DNA of 64,000 nt. Source: Eutreptiella sp. 'Long Island Sound 2002'. Its lineage: Eukaryota > Protista > Euglenida. The DNA is taken from the NCBI GenBank assembly GCA_964036045.1, contig OZ038378.1:121830001-121894000 (forward strand), written 5' to 3'. A program made the translations under genes and the position numbers. The notes under the pieces were generated by a model. That model did no database searches. It had not been told where the DNA came from and saw only the letters and a program-made list of their open reading frames with translations. This document shows positions 47,421 through 59,800 of the stretch, piece after piece. Within the stretch, counting starts at the first letter, position 1; every line of letters starts with the position of its first letter.

Positions 47421-49820
47421 TTCCTGTGGTTATAGGTTGCCCACTGTTAGTAGCTGTAGTCTGCCACTGAAAAGAGCCAAACTGTGTCTTTCTGCCTGCC
47501 TGTCTGCCTGCCTGCCTGCTTGCCCGACTGACTGCCTGAATGCCTGACTGACTGATTGGCTGACTGTCAGCTTCTCTTTGAGGTGCCTTGCTGAAGGCAA
47601 TAGAACTTTTTCACCCTGTTTTAGTCCCAAAATGGCCCATGTTGAAGGCCTTTGGATATTTTCGGAGGGTCAAAACGGCTCGAAACGGGCATAAAAAATG
47701 CTAAGACCACTCGTTTAGGCATCCTAATTGGTTGGGGAACATCTTTGAAAAACTCTTTTTTGAACCCTTGGGGACGCGCGTTGGACCCATTTTGGTCGAA
47801 GATGGGGTGGGCTCATGTCTGCCTTGGTAAGTCCTACTGCGCACTGGCACAGGAGGCCAGGAAGCCATTCAATGTAGGAGCTCGGAATCAGTGTGTTGAG
47901 AGAAGTGTTGTCGGTTGCTCAGAACGTGCCACATTTATGAGTGGCATCAGCGAGGCCATTGGCAGCGGCATCTGGGACAATGTCACACACGCAAACTGAG
48001 TTCCTAGAGGCCCAAGGAAGCCAAGGAATTTGGTTCATGTTGCGAGCGAGGACGCCAACTCCAGCACCCCCTCTGTGGTTTCCAATGTTGCTGACCTCTC
48101 TGCTCACCTGTTTCAATCTGTTCAGACCCAAGACGCACAGCCTCGCATGTACCCTTAGGGGCACAGTCCCTTTTGAGCCCAATGCCTCTGACTAGGGGGT
48201 GTGTTGAGGCCGCGGTTCCTGGAGCTTTCTGCCCATGTGCCAAGACTGTGGACATTACCCCTTCAGCTGCAGAGGTACTTCCCCAAATATGCAACACCAT
48301 TTGCCTGGTGCTGTTGGAGGAGTGCTGTGGAGGGCTGTTGCTGTAGAGGGTACCAGAGGGGTTGCATAAGGTTGTAGCAACACTGTACAAGCCTCATACT
48401 GGTAACATGGTTCATCGTTCATGGCCACCTTTTTGGCAGCCTTGCTGTTGCGCAACTTGTGTGCTCTACTGAGCAAGATGGCTGGGTAGTGTGGGCTTCC
48501 ACATACTTTGTGCTTTGCTAATCATGTGGTTTTTTATTTTTGTGAAAACACTGGCCATTTCATGTTTTTCATGAGTCGTGATCAACTCTCATCAACCCTT
48601 GACAACCAACCACCCTCAATCATATTCTGTTAACAGTCCTGCACAACGCTCCACCCACACCCAAACTCCCAACTCTTCATCAACACCCCTTAGCCAACTC
48701 TTGACAGCAAAATAACACTGTCACTGTGCAGTACTCAATAAGGTTCATGACCATTTATCAAGGCTAGCGTCGATTGAGCAGGATTGGTACAGGTTGTTGC
48801 TAGGTGAGGTTTGTGTGGAGGAGACCCAACCAGCTGTGGAGCGACCAAGGCTCCTAGGCACCTTGTGTTGGCTTCAGCAATCCGGCAATGTGGGTCTCGC
48901 TTGAAACATGCCAAGAGGTACAGAAGCATGACGCAATGGGGACTAGGTCTAGTGGTGTCCGCGTCCAGCGAGCGACTGACTCCTCACACAAGCATTGAGA
49001 ACTCTTGACGGGCCACAAACTCCCCAAGATCCTTGGCAGCCCTGTGCTTTCCCCCATGTGTTTCAACAGACTCATGAAAATTCGTGCCAGTCCCACTAAC
49101 GGTACATAATGCTCAACAATGGTCAACAATAGTTCAATGCTCAACAAAAGCTCCACGACCCTTCAAAGCCCTCCACACCCTGCATGTCCACACATACTAA
49201 CCCGTAACATTTGTTCAACTAGGGAGCATCATTTCCAAACGCCATTGCCTTTTGTTGGGTCAGCTATCACACAAAAAATCATGTGTATATGTATGGCATA
49301 ACCGCCGTTTGTCGCTTTCGTACCCACAGAGGCACCCCCCCCCCCTATAAAGCATCCCAAAGGTGTTGGTGAAGGTTTCGGCGACAACCTAGACAGTGGG
49401 GGGGGGGGAGGCGAGGCCAGCCAGTTCGCCAAGTGAGAGGGTTTGCAGAGAAACGTGCGCGGGCAGATTACGGCTATTTTTGTCTGTAGTATAGCACTCT
49501 TTTTGTTTCATTCCGACACCCAACGAGTCCAGAGTGCGGCGGAGGGGCCCGTTGCTACGCTCAACGCGGGGGCCACCCCCCGCACCCCCGCCCCCCCCTT
49601 AAATAACAAGGCTCCGACAGTGGCTACAGACCACCTTGTGTGTGTACCGCGGTGTGTATGCACTGCCTTGTGCTTGCACCGCCAACCCTTCCCACGCTAT
49701 AGCTCGCTACCCCCGACGCAGGAGCCAGGCCCTGCACCCCACTTAAATAGCAAGACTCATGCGGTGGCCACAGACCGCCTTGTGTATGCACCGCCTCGTG
49801 TGTGCACCGCCTTCCTTGAC

Positions 49821-49860
49821 CCCAACCCAAACCCTACACCCTAACCCTAACCCTAACCTT
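49821..49860. repeat. Interstitial telomere-like (CCCTAA)n, 3 perfect plus degenerate units
   Basis: CCCAACCCAAACCCTACACCCTAACCCTAACCCTAACCTT, at the end of a small element that has an internal ~75-bp direct repeat (~49587 and ~49740). Confidence 0.8.
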
Positions 49861-50251
49861 ATACCTTGAAAGCCGATATTTGGGGATGTGTGGAGCGGGA
49901 TGGAGGCACATGTTTTGAATGGTTCTTCAAGGCCGTTTTGGCCCAAAAAAAGGCTGTTTTTGGGGCACAAAATGCGCAGTTTCGGAAGGGCACCTCCCAA
50001 CTTGGCCACCGCCCCACGGCGTCACCGGTGAGTTTTTTGGCTCAAAAGTTGGATTTGGCAAGGGCACCACCGAGGCTCTAGAATGGCTAGAGTACGGTAG
50101 AGCCCGAAGCGTTGAAACGGAGTAATGGCCAAAGCGGAAAGGAGAAGTGCTGCTTGCTTGCTTGCACGCATGTTTGCTTGTTGTTAGCTAGATTTAAGGG
50201 GAGAGGGGTGTAATAAGAAATATGAAAACTTGGATTTGGCCAGCGCACGAC

Positions 50252-50488
50252 CTCGGCTGTAAGATGGCCTGAGTAGAGTAGAGCCCGCAGTGTTTGCATG
50301 GCTTCTAGGACCACGGCTCCGTGCTCTTCATCTTTGCTGAGGAAATGCGAACGGCCGGTCCGCGGTCCCTCGTGCCACACCGGGAACAGATTTTTCTCGG
50401 GCTTTTGAACCGCAAACCGATACATGGCTCGGCAGTCGAATAACCCGTAGACAAAATCTGGCACCTGCTGCCCGTTCTCACGGATCAG
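50252..50488 (-). CDS. Isolated putative coding exon of unknown protein (79 codons, phase 0-0)
   Basis: Minus-strand acceptor CACTGCAG|, donor GAG|GTCGTG. Stop-free, non-repetitive LIRENGQQVPDFVYGLFDCRAMYRF...YSGHLTAE. No family recognised. Confidence 0.4.
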
Positions 50489-53099
50489 CTGCAGTGTCTT
50501 GGCACTATAGGACCTGTGGACTCCTGGGTTGGTGGGGGCTGGGGGTCTTTGGGGACAATTTTGGGGGGTTGGGGTGGGGATGGTGGGGGTACGCCGGTGG
50601 AAGTGAGTGTCTCTTGCATGGCTGTCAAGGCCACCTCATATGCCGTCAAGAGGATTTGGGGTGCTGGTGCTGCTCAAGGGGTGGAAGGTGTCCTGTGCAT
50701 ATTGGGCCGCACGCTGGTGAGGAGGGGGCCGGGGTCATCATTGGGGGCTAGGACGAGGCCAGTTCACTAAGACGCTTCTTCGCTTCCGAGTTCCATGGAA
50801 ATGTAGGGTGGTCACTGAAAGTCATTGGCTCTGGGAGGTCCTCTAATCCCATTCCATGGAGCCGGGGGCTTGGATGGGGGAGGGGTGGGGAGGAGAGGTC
50901 TGCCGTTGGGTAAGAGGCTACATTTATAGGGCTTTACATGGTGATGGGACCTCAAAGGAGTGCAGGAGAGGTGGGTATAGAGTGTTGGTAAGTTCTAAAT
51001 GCATTGATACAGACCCCTAAAAATGACCCCAAAGTGGCCAGTACGGCCCAGAATCCCGCAGCTTGCCCTGGACCCCCTTCCATGCCCGTGGCACCCTTGA
51101 CCTTGAGACCCTTTGCCTTTGTGTTGGCCCCCCCGGGAGTTCACAAAGAGTGCGGGACACCCGACAACCCACCTAGTAGCCCATAGCTTGAGCATGAAAG
51201 CTAGGATAAAGATAACAAGATAAATACCCACAAAAAGCAATTTAAAATGACCCTGACTTAGCCGATTACGGGCCTGGACTCTAGGAAGAGGGCATAAAAA
51301 AATCTAAGAGGAGGGCCAAAATTTTTTTCCACCGCGACACTCATCCCCGCCAACCCCGTATATAAAAATTGGACCCGTGGGGGACCCTCTCAACTCCGAC
51401 CCCCCACTGTCCTCCTTGTCCCACAAACCCCACTGCCAAGCCCCCCCCCCAACACCAATGGCCCCCCAACCCCAACCTTATGCTCCGCCGCCTCCACAGA
51501 ATTTCTATGGGGGCTACCCCGATTACCATGGGGAATCGTGGACAATGGCATGCCCCGATCCCAGGCCCGACTCACGGAGCGCCGTGTTCCTAACCCTCCC
51601 CTCCCAATTGCCCCCCGTTACGGGCAAGGGTGGAGGAGACACAACTACATACATCGCAAGCACAAATTCAGCACCAAGCCCTTGTCGTAGCAGTGGATGC
51701 TGGCGACTTTGGGGTTGTGTTGCGGGATACATTTCATGGTAAATGGTCTTAGAAAAACCCTTGAAGATGAGGTATGGAGACAGCAAGCGTAATTGCTAAC
51801 AAATGGTTGACAGATCCTTCGATTGGGGTCTTGGGAAGGGTGCTGGTGCCGGTGCTGGTGCCTTTAGGACTGCTCACCAGGGGCTAGATGTTGACCACAG
51901 GACTACATGTGGCGGTCAATGCCATGAGATGATTGCTAGTGTTACGCCTAGTGACTGTGGGTGCAAAAGGTGGTGTTGCACTAATATAGCTGCTTGCGTT
52001 GTCCCCGAACACGGCAAAAGTCACTCCACACTCTGAGACCCGAACTCCATGTGTTACGGAAATTGTGTGGGATGTTCACCTACATGGATGGTGCTAGACA
52101 AAAGAACATGGGCATGCACCACAAGCACGACACGCAAACCCCTCCCCTCCATGCTTCACAACCTCCATAGAAATTCACAGAACTTCTGTGAAGGCTTCCC
52201 CGTCTACCATGGCCATGCGTGGCCAATCACATGCCCCCGATTGCAGGGCCGACTCACGGAGTGCCGGGTTACCAACCCCCTAGCTTGCCGCCATTCCCCT
52301 CACCCACTTCCCCCTCGCCCCTTTGTACATCATCTTCGCCATGTTATGGTGCTGTCGTTGGTGGCCGGCCTGCCCCCTCCCGTCGTGCCACCTTCCTTGT
52401 TGCTCCCCGCCACCCATCTTGCCTCCTTTCCTCCTTGTTGTGGGTCAAGGCCACAGTCACTTGGTGCGTTTGCCTCCTTCTTTGTAGCTTGTCCTATTTA
52501 GCCAGCCCTGTCCTTTGCAGTAGTTAGTTACACCGCACAGGCGCATTCTTCTCCGCCTCCGTCCTCCCATTCCACTTAAGGGCACCTCTTGATCTGTGTG
52601 GCTGCCAAGGGCAGGCCCACAGGGTCCTCCACGCATCACCTATGCAGTGCCCTTGCATCGCACATGCATCGCCCTTGCAGCACTCTTGCATCGCTTCATT
52701 CCCATCAACTGACCGCTCCCTCCTTGCCTGCTTCCGTATGCCTCTTTTCCCCTTTCTTTTGCTTCTTTGGCTCCCATGCCCCTTCCACTTCCCATCTGCA
52801 CCCCTATCCGCCCCCTCCTTGGTCCCGCTGCCCCAACACGGGGGCCACCCCCATGGCGCACGTCGCTTCCCGGACACTGTCCGTGGTCCCACCACCACAC
52901 ACTGGGGGGATTGCCACTTCCTCCATGGTGTGCGCACAGTGGAGGGGGATGTCAGTGTGGGGGTCTTCGTGGTCTGCCCCCCCCCCCCCGCCTTGGACCC
53001 GACAATGACGGGCTTCACGAACAAATGCCATACCACGGCGCACGCCACAGAGCGGCCACCACTGCCCCGATGCGCTCATCACTGTTCGTGTCTTCCATC

Positions 53100-55510
53100 T
53101 AGGTCCGCTTTTCTCATCTCGCGGCTCTCTTCTTACCGGTTTCCTCCTCTGCCTACTTACCGCTTCCTTCTTTCCTTCGTTGGTTGCTATTCCTCCCCTT
53201 CTTCGTGCTCTCTTTCCTCCTTTCTCTTCTGTCTCTTACTTGCTTGCTCTCTTGCTTTGCTTCTTGCTTGCTTTGTTCGGCCGCGCTTTTCCTCGGCCGC
53301 TCATTTGGCTTCATGTATAGGGCCGCGTCACTTTCCGTCTCAGTGACAAGCACAACCACCCACTGGCTCTTCAAGATGTGCTCTTGCTCAGGGGTCCTGC
53401 TCCCCATGCGACTAGGGTGCAGCAATCCAAAGAGGTCTGGCTCCCGGGAGGTAGTGCAGTACCTCATTTCAATGTCAACACCCATTGGCCTAGCAGGTTC
53501 AGGGCTAGCCACCGCATTCCTCACCACCTCATGGCTTCATCTAGTGCTGTTCACCACAGCCACCATCATCGCCTCCTCGCGGATTGCTGTGTGCTTGCAC
53601 GGTCGCCTCGGCAGTGTTGATGATCTGGTGGCGCTTGGAGACGTACTGCCCACGGCATTTCGGCTTCACCTTAATTTTGATTTCGCTCCACTCCGGCAGC
53701 CATTTTAGGGTGGCACGTTGTTTTTCCGTGTGTTGCTCCCTCATGGATTTGTTCTTCTCAAAGAGGTCGCCAGGTTTTGGAATCCTCCAGTCATCCGTGT
53801 GGCTTTACATGAATGAGCTGGCCGCTTTGGCTGCTTGGTACACACAGCTGTGCCGCTGCACAATCTTTTGTGTCCACACCTTCTCCACGGAATGCACGAG
53901 AACGCTTTTGCGCTCAAAATTGAGCGCAAGGTTCTGCGCCTGCTTGAGGAGTACTAGATGCACGATCGATGCCTCCTTGCCCTCCCGGTCCACATCCACC
54001 ACAAATGCGTGTTGGTTGGGCTCGAAAGGGCGGAGGGGCGCTTCATTCCGTCGCCTATGGTGCGCCACGGGAGAATCGGGCATGCGGCCGGTGCGCCCCG
54101 CAGGCACTTAGCTAGCCCGCTTCATCGCCCGTTTCAGTGTATGCCGCCGGTGCCGCTGCTCACAATAGTCCTTGAGTGCGGTGTTGGCGATCTGAATTTT
54201 CCTATAGCGCTTTGCTCCAGGGCACGCACATTGGACACTTGTTCCGTCCATCGGGTCCCCAGGGTCTCAGTGCACCGGTACATGCTAAATCCGCGCCATC
54301 CACATATACTCGTTCCTATCCGAATTCTGCTTTTTCGGTCTTCGCTTCTGGTCATCGAAGAGTTTCTTCTTCTCTGTGTACATTTCCTGTGCGGTCGTTG
54401 TGGCTCGCTCTCTGGTACAATCCCTCATGGTTCATGGGAAAACTGCCCTCTCTCCTTCTTTATAGTAGAGCCTCGACTGCCGCTTTCGGCTTGCAATTCC
54501 GCCAACCTCTTCCACGTGCTCATCGGAGCCGGATTCCGATCCCACCAAAGGTGCATCCATGGATGTGCGTGGCACCATATTGTGGGCGGGCTCGCGCCCA
54601 CGTTCTTGCCTCAGGGACCTATCTTCTTGCAGCGGCGGTGCACTCGAAAGCTTTGGTGTTGATTGCGGACCCTTGTGTTGCCCTCTCTTCTTCGGCCTGC
54701 ATTGTGGCATGCCCAATCTTCGGTCCCTTTGCCTCTGCTCTGGCCTCTGCCTCAGTCCCATTTTGTTGCATCCATTCAGCTAATGGTACAAAACCGATGT
54801 TTTCCCACGTCACCTCCATGCTTCTAGGAATGAAAAAATACGCCAGTGGCTAGACCGCCAACGAGGTTCTATCCCTCTGTGTGGTATCATGTTAGCTGAC
54901 CGGCTAAGCGTCCTGTCCGCGAAAGCTGCAAGCAACCGCTTCTGCCGCCCAAGCATATTCTTTCCTATACTCCGCTCTCCACGATTTGTTTTACAAGCAG
55001 CGGCCCATCCGGGTAATTGCACATGACCTCAAAACCTTCCATTCGGCCAGGTCTTCTGGTGGTGGAAGAGCTTCTTTGTATGCCTCCCTTTCAAAATCCA
55101 GAAGCTCCGCCAGCTCATCTTCTGAGAACTCGGTGTCGTGTCCCGTAGGGCTTGAATCACTCGAGTTTGGACACAACCGGCTATTACAACCTCGGATTTC
55201 AACCAATATTCTGCCTCGTATCCTTCTTTGGCTACCTTTGGTGCCGGCCGCTTGCGCTTTTGTGCCTTCTTTGGCGTTGCCTCTGGTGGCTACTTTGGTA
55301 CCCCTTTTGCACTGCCTCTGATGGCTGCTTTGGTGCCTCCTTCTGTGCTCCTTTTGTTGGCTACTTTGGTGCCTTTTTTCGTGATGCCTCTGCTGACTGC
55401 TTTGGTGCCTCCTGTGGTGCTGCCTCTGTTGGCCTCTTTGGTGCCTCCTTTGGTGTTGCCTGTGATGGCTAATTTCATGACTCCTTTGGTGATGTATCCT
55501 TTGGTACACG
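53100..55510 (-). mobile_element. Long degenerate coding region, possibly an EnSpm/CACTA(Plavaka)-like transposase, with a 36-bp N-terminal repeat tract (~55240-55510)
   Basis: Fragments DSKTWRP (~53780) and WLALNL...ALPPG (~53440-53510) loosely fit Tnp2 D..W / LNLP...PG spacing. Acidic segment at 55050-55200. Many stops. Confidence 0.3.
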
Positions 55511-55717
55511 CTAGAAGACCCAATCTTGTTCTAGCGTAGAACACTTTAGCCTAGATGTTCTAGCCTAGATCAGTAGATTAGATCAATACTAGAACGATAT
55601 AATCTCTAAGCAGATGTGCCAATTTCTTCATTGTTCCGCCGTGCATGCTTGCTATTGTCCGTAGTGCATTGTTGCATGCTTCCTTCTCTCGCGCTTAGAT
55701 ATTACACATTTCTTTGA

Positions 55718-56700
55718 ATGAAACGCCCCGCCACCTCCCCCCTTTCTCCCTCCTCACCCGGGAAGGGTAATTCCCTCTTGTCTAAGGCACTACTGGACTT
55801 GAGTGGGGCTTCGAACCTCAAGGATGAGCGGGTGGGCAATTACTTGGCCACGTTGGCGCTGTCATGCCGCCTAGCACAGCGGCAATTCAACAACACCATC
55901 CAATATGTGAACACCCTCACTTCTACCCAAACCACGGGTGAGGCATGTAAGGCCGCCGTTGAGGCATACGCAGCCCCCCTACTCACCCCCACCGCCATGT
56001 GTGAACTTGTGCTCAACATGAGGGCCCCCAAGTCCTCGTGGAGGACCCTCTCGGAGCTCTACACATACCGTAAGTTGGAGTACCACCGCACCGTCCCCGG
56101 TGGCCCCTATTCCCGTCCAATTTGTACCGAGCGGGACTTCCAAGCCCGTTGGAAGGAGTTGGTCGCCCCCGTGGAATTGGATCCCCCTCTTGCCACGGTG
56201 TTGCCCAAGGCCACCGGGATCTCATAGCCCTTCGCCTCATGGGTCACATGCATCCTCACCCAGCCGGGCTTGGTGCGGTCAATCAACCGCTCCTTCCCAT
56301 GGACGTTCATCGTCCGGGGGGATGACTACCCCGTGGCCGGGGGCAATTGGACCCAACTCACCATCTCCTTGGCCAACTTGGACCGCTTGGCCCGCTCCCC
56401 CGCGGGCCTTTGGGTGTGGAGCATGGCCCATTGCGATGACAACGCCATGGACACCCTTTGGACGTTGTGGAAGAGCAATTGGGAGGTACTCCTCTCACCT
56501 AGTGCCTTTCACTCGTTCTAGGTTTGATCTAGTTAGCCTTGGACACCGCTCGCTAGAAGGTAGGCTAGACTAGACTAGAACGAAATGAACCACCTCCCAT
56601 GTCTCGTGTTTAGGCGATTCAAGACATCATCGACACGGGGCTCGTCCAATTGGAGGCCCCCAGGGCGGAGGCAAAGGTGGCAGGGTGGGCCACCTGCCCG
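55718..56700 (+). mobile_element. Decayed DDE-transposase-like ORF (Transib/RAG1-like resemblance) with one internal stop and a probable intron 56486-56613
   Basis: The 169-aa ORF continues in frame past TAG (56225-56227) into FIVRGDDYPVAGGNWTQLTISLANL...SP...W. Phase-0 GAG|GTACTC...TTTAG|GCG joins NWE-AIQDIIDTG. Family assignment is tentative. Confidence 0.45.
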
Positions 56701-56702
56701 TG

Positions 56703-56885
56703 GTGTAGACCCCCCTATGAATCATCTCTTGGGCAGGCGATGATTCATAGAGGGGTGTAGACCCTCCAATGAATCATCGCGTGGGCACGCGATGATTCAT
56801 GGAGGGGTGTAGACCCCCCTACGGATCATCGCGTGGGCAACGGGCGATTCATAGAGGGGTGTATACCCCCTATGAATCATGGCGT
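56703..56885. repeat. Tandem array of 52-bp palindromic (hairpin) units, ~3.5 copies
   Basis: TGTA(G/T)AC at 56704, 56756, 56808 and 56860. The best unit has the stem ATGAATCATCGCGT-GGGC-ACGCGATGATTCAT. Confidence 0.92.
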
Positions 56886-59800
56886 GTGGCTATGGGGAAC
56901 TATGGGGACCTATGGGGGCCTTCGGGGACCTACGGGTACTTTTGGGGGCCTATGGGGACCTATGGGGGCCATTCGGGACTTATGGGGACGTAAGGGGACC
57001 TATGGGGAACTATGGGGACCTATGGGGAGCTAAGAGGACCTATGGTGACCTATGGGGCCTATTGGCACCTTTGGGGACCTTTTGGGGCCTATGGGGACTT
57101 GTCGGGGGGACCCGTGGGGACCTATGGGGAACTTCGGGGACATATGGGGACCTATGGGGGCCTATTGGGACCTACAGGGCCTATTGGCACCTCTGGGGAC
57201 CTATGGGGACCTTTGGGGGCCTATAGGGACCTATTGGGGCCTATTGGCACCTATTGGGGCCCATGGGGACGTATGGGGGCCTTTGCGGACCTATCGGGAC
57301 CCATGGTGGCTTATGGGGACCGATGGGGGCCTATTGGCACCTATGGGGACCGTTGGGGGCCTATGGGCACCTATGGACACCTACGGGCACCTATGGGCAC
57401 CTATGGGCACCTATGGGGGCCTTTGGGGACGTACCGGGGCCTATGGGGGCCTATGGGATCCTGTGGGGGCCTATGGTAACTTATGGGGACCTTTGGGGAT
57501 CTATGGGGAGCTCTAGGGGCCTATGGGGGCCTATGGGGGCCTTTTGGCACCTTTGGGAACCTTTGGGGACCTATGGGGGCCTATTGGGGCCTACGGGGGC
57601 CTATTGGCACCTTTGCAGACCTATGGGGACCTATGGGGACGTATGGGGACATATGGGGACATATGAGCACCTATTGGGGCCTACGGGGGCCTATTGGCAC
57701 CTTTGGAGACCTATGGGGACCTATGGGGGCCTATGGAGGCCAATTGGCACCTATGGGGGCTCATGGCGACCTATGGGGATCTATAGGGATCTATGGGGAA
57801 CAATGGGGGCCTTTGGGGACCTATGGGGACCTATGGGGGCCGATGGGGACCCATGGGGACCTATGGGGGCCTTTGGGGACCTATGGGGACCCTTGGGGAG
57901 CCATGGGGGCTTATGGGGACCTATGGGGGCCTATGGGGGCCTATGGACACCTATGGGCACGTATGGGTACTTATGGGGACCCATCGGGACCTTTGTGGGC
58001 CTTTGGGCACCTATGGGGACCTATGGGGGCCCATTAGGACGTATGGGGACCTATGGGGGCCTCTCGGAACCTATGGGGGCCTTTGGTAACGTAAGGGGAG
58101 CTTTGGGGACCTATCGGGGCCGATTGGCACCTTTGAGGACCTTTCGCGGCCTACGGGGACTTGTGGAGGGGACCTTTGGGGAACTATGGGGACCTTTGGG
58201 GACATATGGCGACCTATGGGGGCCTATGGGGACCTATGGGGATGTATGGGGACCTATGGGGGCCTTTGGGGACCTATGGGGACCTATGGGGACCGATGGC
58301 CACCTATGGGCACCTATGGGGACCTATGGGGATCTACGGGGGCCTTTGGGGACGTTTGGGGACCCTTGGGGACCTATTTGGGCTTATGGGGGCCTATGGG
58401 CACCTATGGACCCCTATGGGCACCTATAGGGACCTATGGGCACCTATGTGGAGCTATTGGGGCCTTTGGGGACCTATGGGGACTTTTGGGGACCTATGGG
58501 GACTTGTGGGGGCCTATGGGGACCTATGGCGGCCTATGGGGAACTATGGCGAACTATGGGGACCTATGGGGGCCTTTGTGGAATTATGTGGATTTGTGGG
58601 GGCCTGTGGGGACTTGTGGCGTCCTATGGGGACCTACCGGGACGTATTGGGCCTATGGGGGCCTATGGGGACCTATGGGGACCCTTGGGGACCTTTGGGG
58701 GCCTATGGGGGCCTATGGGCACCTATGGACACCTATGGGCACCTATGGGCACCTATGGGGACCTATCGGGACCTTTGTGGGCCTTTGGGCACCTATGGGG
58801 ACCTATGGGGGCCCATGGGGACGTATGGGGACCTATGGCGGCCTATGGGAACCTATGGGGGCCTATGGTAACCTATGGGGAACTTTGGGGACCTATGTGG
58901 GCCTATTGGCACCTTTGAGGACCTTTCGGGGCCTATGGGGACTTGTGGGGAGCGCTTGTGGGGACCTACGGGGTCCTTTGGGGACATATGGGGACCTATG
59001 GGGGCCTATGGGGGCCTATTGGCACCTATGGGGCCCCATGGGGACCTTTGGGGACCTATGGGGGCCTTTGGGGACCTATGGGGACCGTTGGGGACCTATG
59101 GCGGCTTATGGGGACCTATGGGGGCCTATTGGCACCTATGGGGACCTTTGGGGACCTTTGGGGGCCTATGGGCACCTATGGACACCTACGGGCACCTATG
59201 GGGACCTATGGGCACCTATGGGCACCTATGGGGGCCTTTGGGGACCTATGGGGAACTATGAGGACCTAACGGGGCCTTTGGGGACCTATGGGGACTTTTG
59301 GAGACCTATGGGGACTTGTGGGGTCTATGGGGACCTATCGTGCCTATGGGGGCTTATGGGGACCTATGGGGGCCTATGGGGGCCTATGGGATCCTTTGGG
59401 GACCTATGGGTACCTATAGGAACCTATGGGCTCCTTCGGGGACGTATGGGGGCCTATGGGGAGCTAGGGGCATCTATGGGGGCCTTTGGGGACCCATGAC
59501 GAGCTGTAGGCACCAATGGGGACTTTTGGGGACCTATGGTGGCCTATGAGAACCTATGGGGACCTTTGGGGACATATGGAGACCTATGGGGGCCTATTGG
59601 GGCCTACAGGGGCCTATTGGCACCTTTGGGGACCCATGGGGACCTATGGGGGCCTCCTGGCACCTATGGGGGCCCATGGGACCTTTGGGGATCTATGGGG
59701 AACTATGCGGCCCTTTGGGGATGTACGGGGCCCTATGGGGGCTGATGGCCTCCTATGCGGACTTATGGGACCTATGGGGGCCTTTGGGCACCTATGGGGA

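Noticed and set aside
49821-49860. True telomere
   Set aside because: Only three perfect units, and the sequence continues on both sides.
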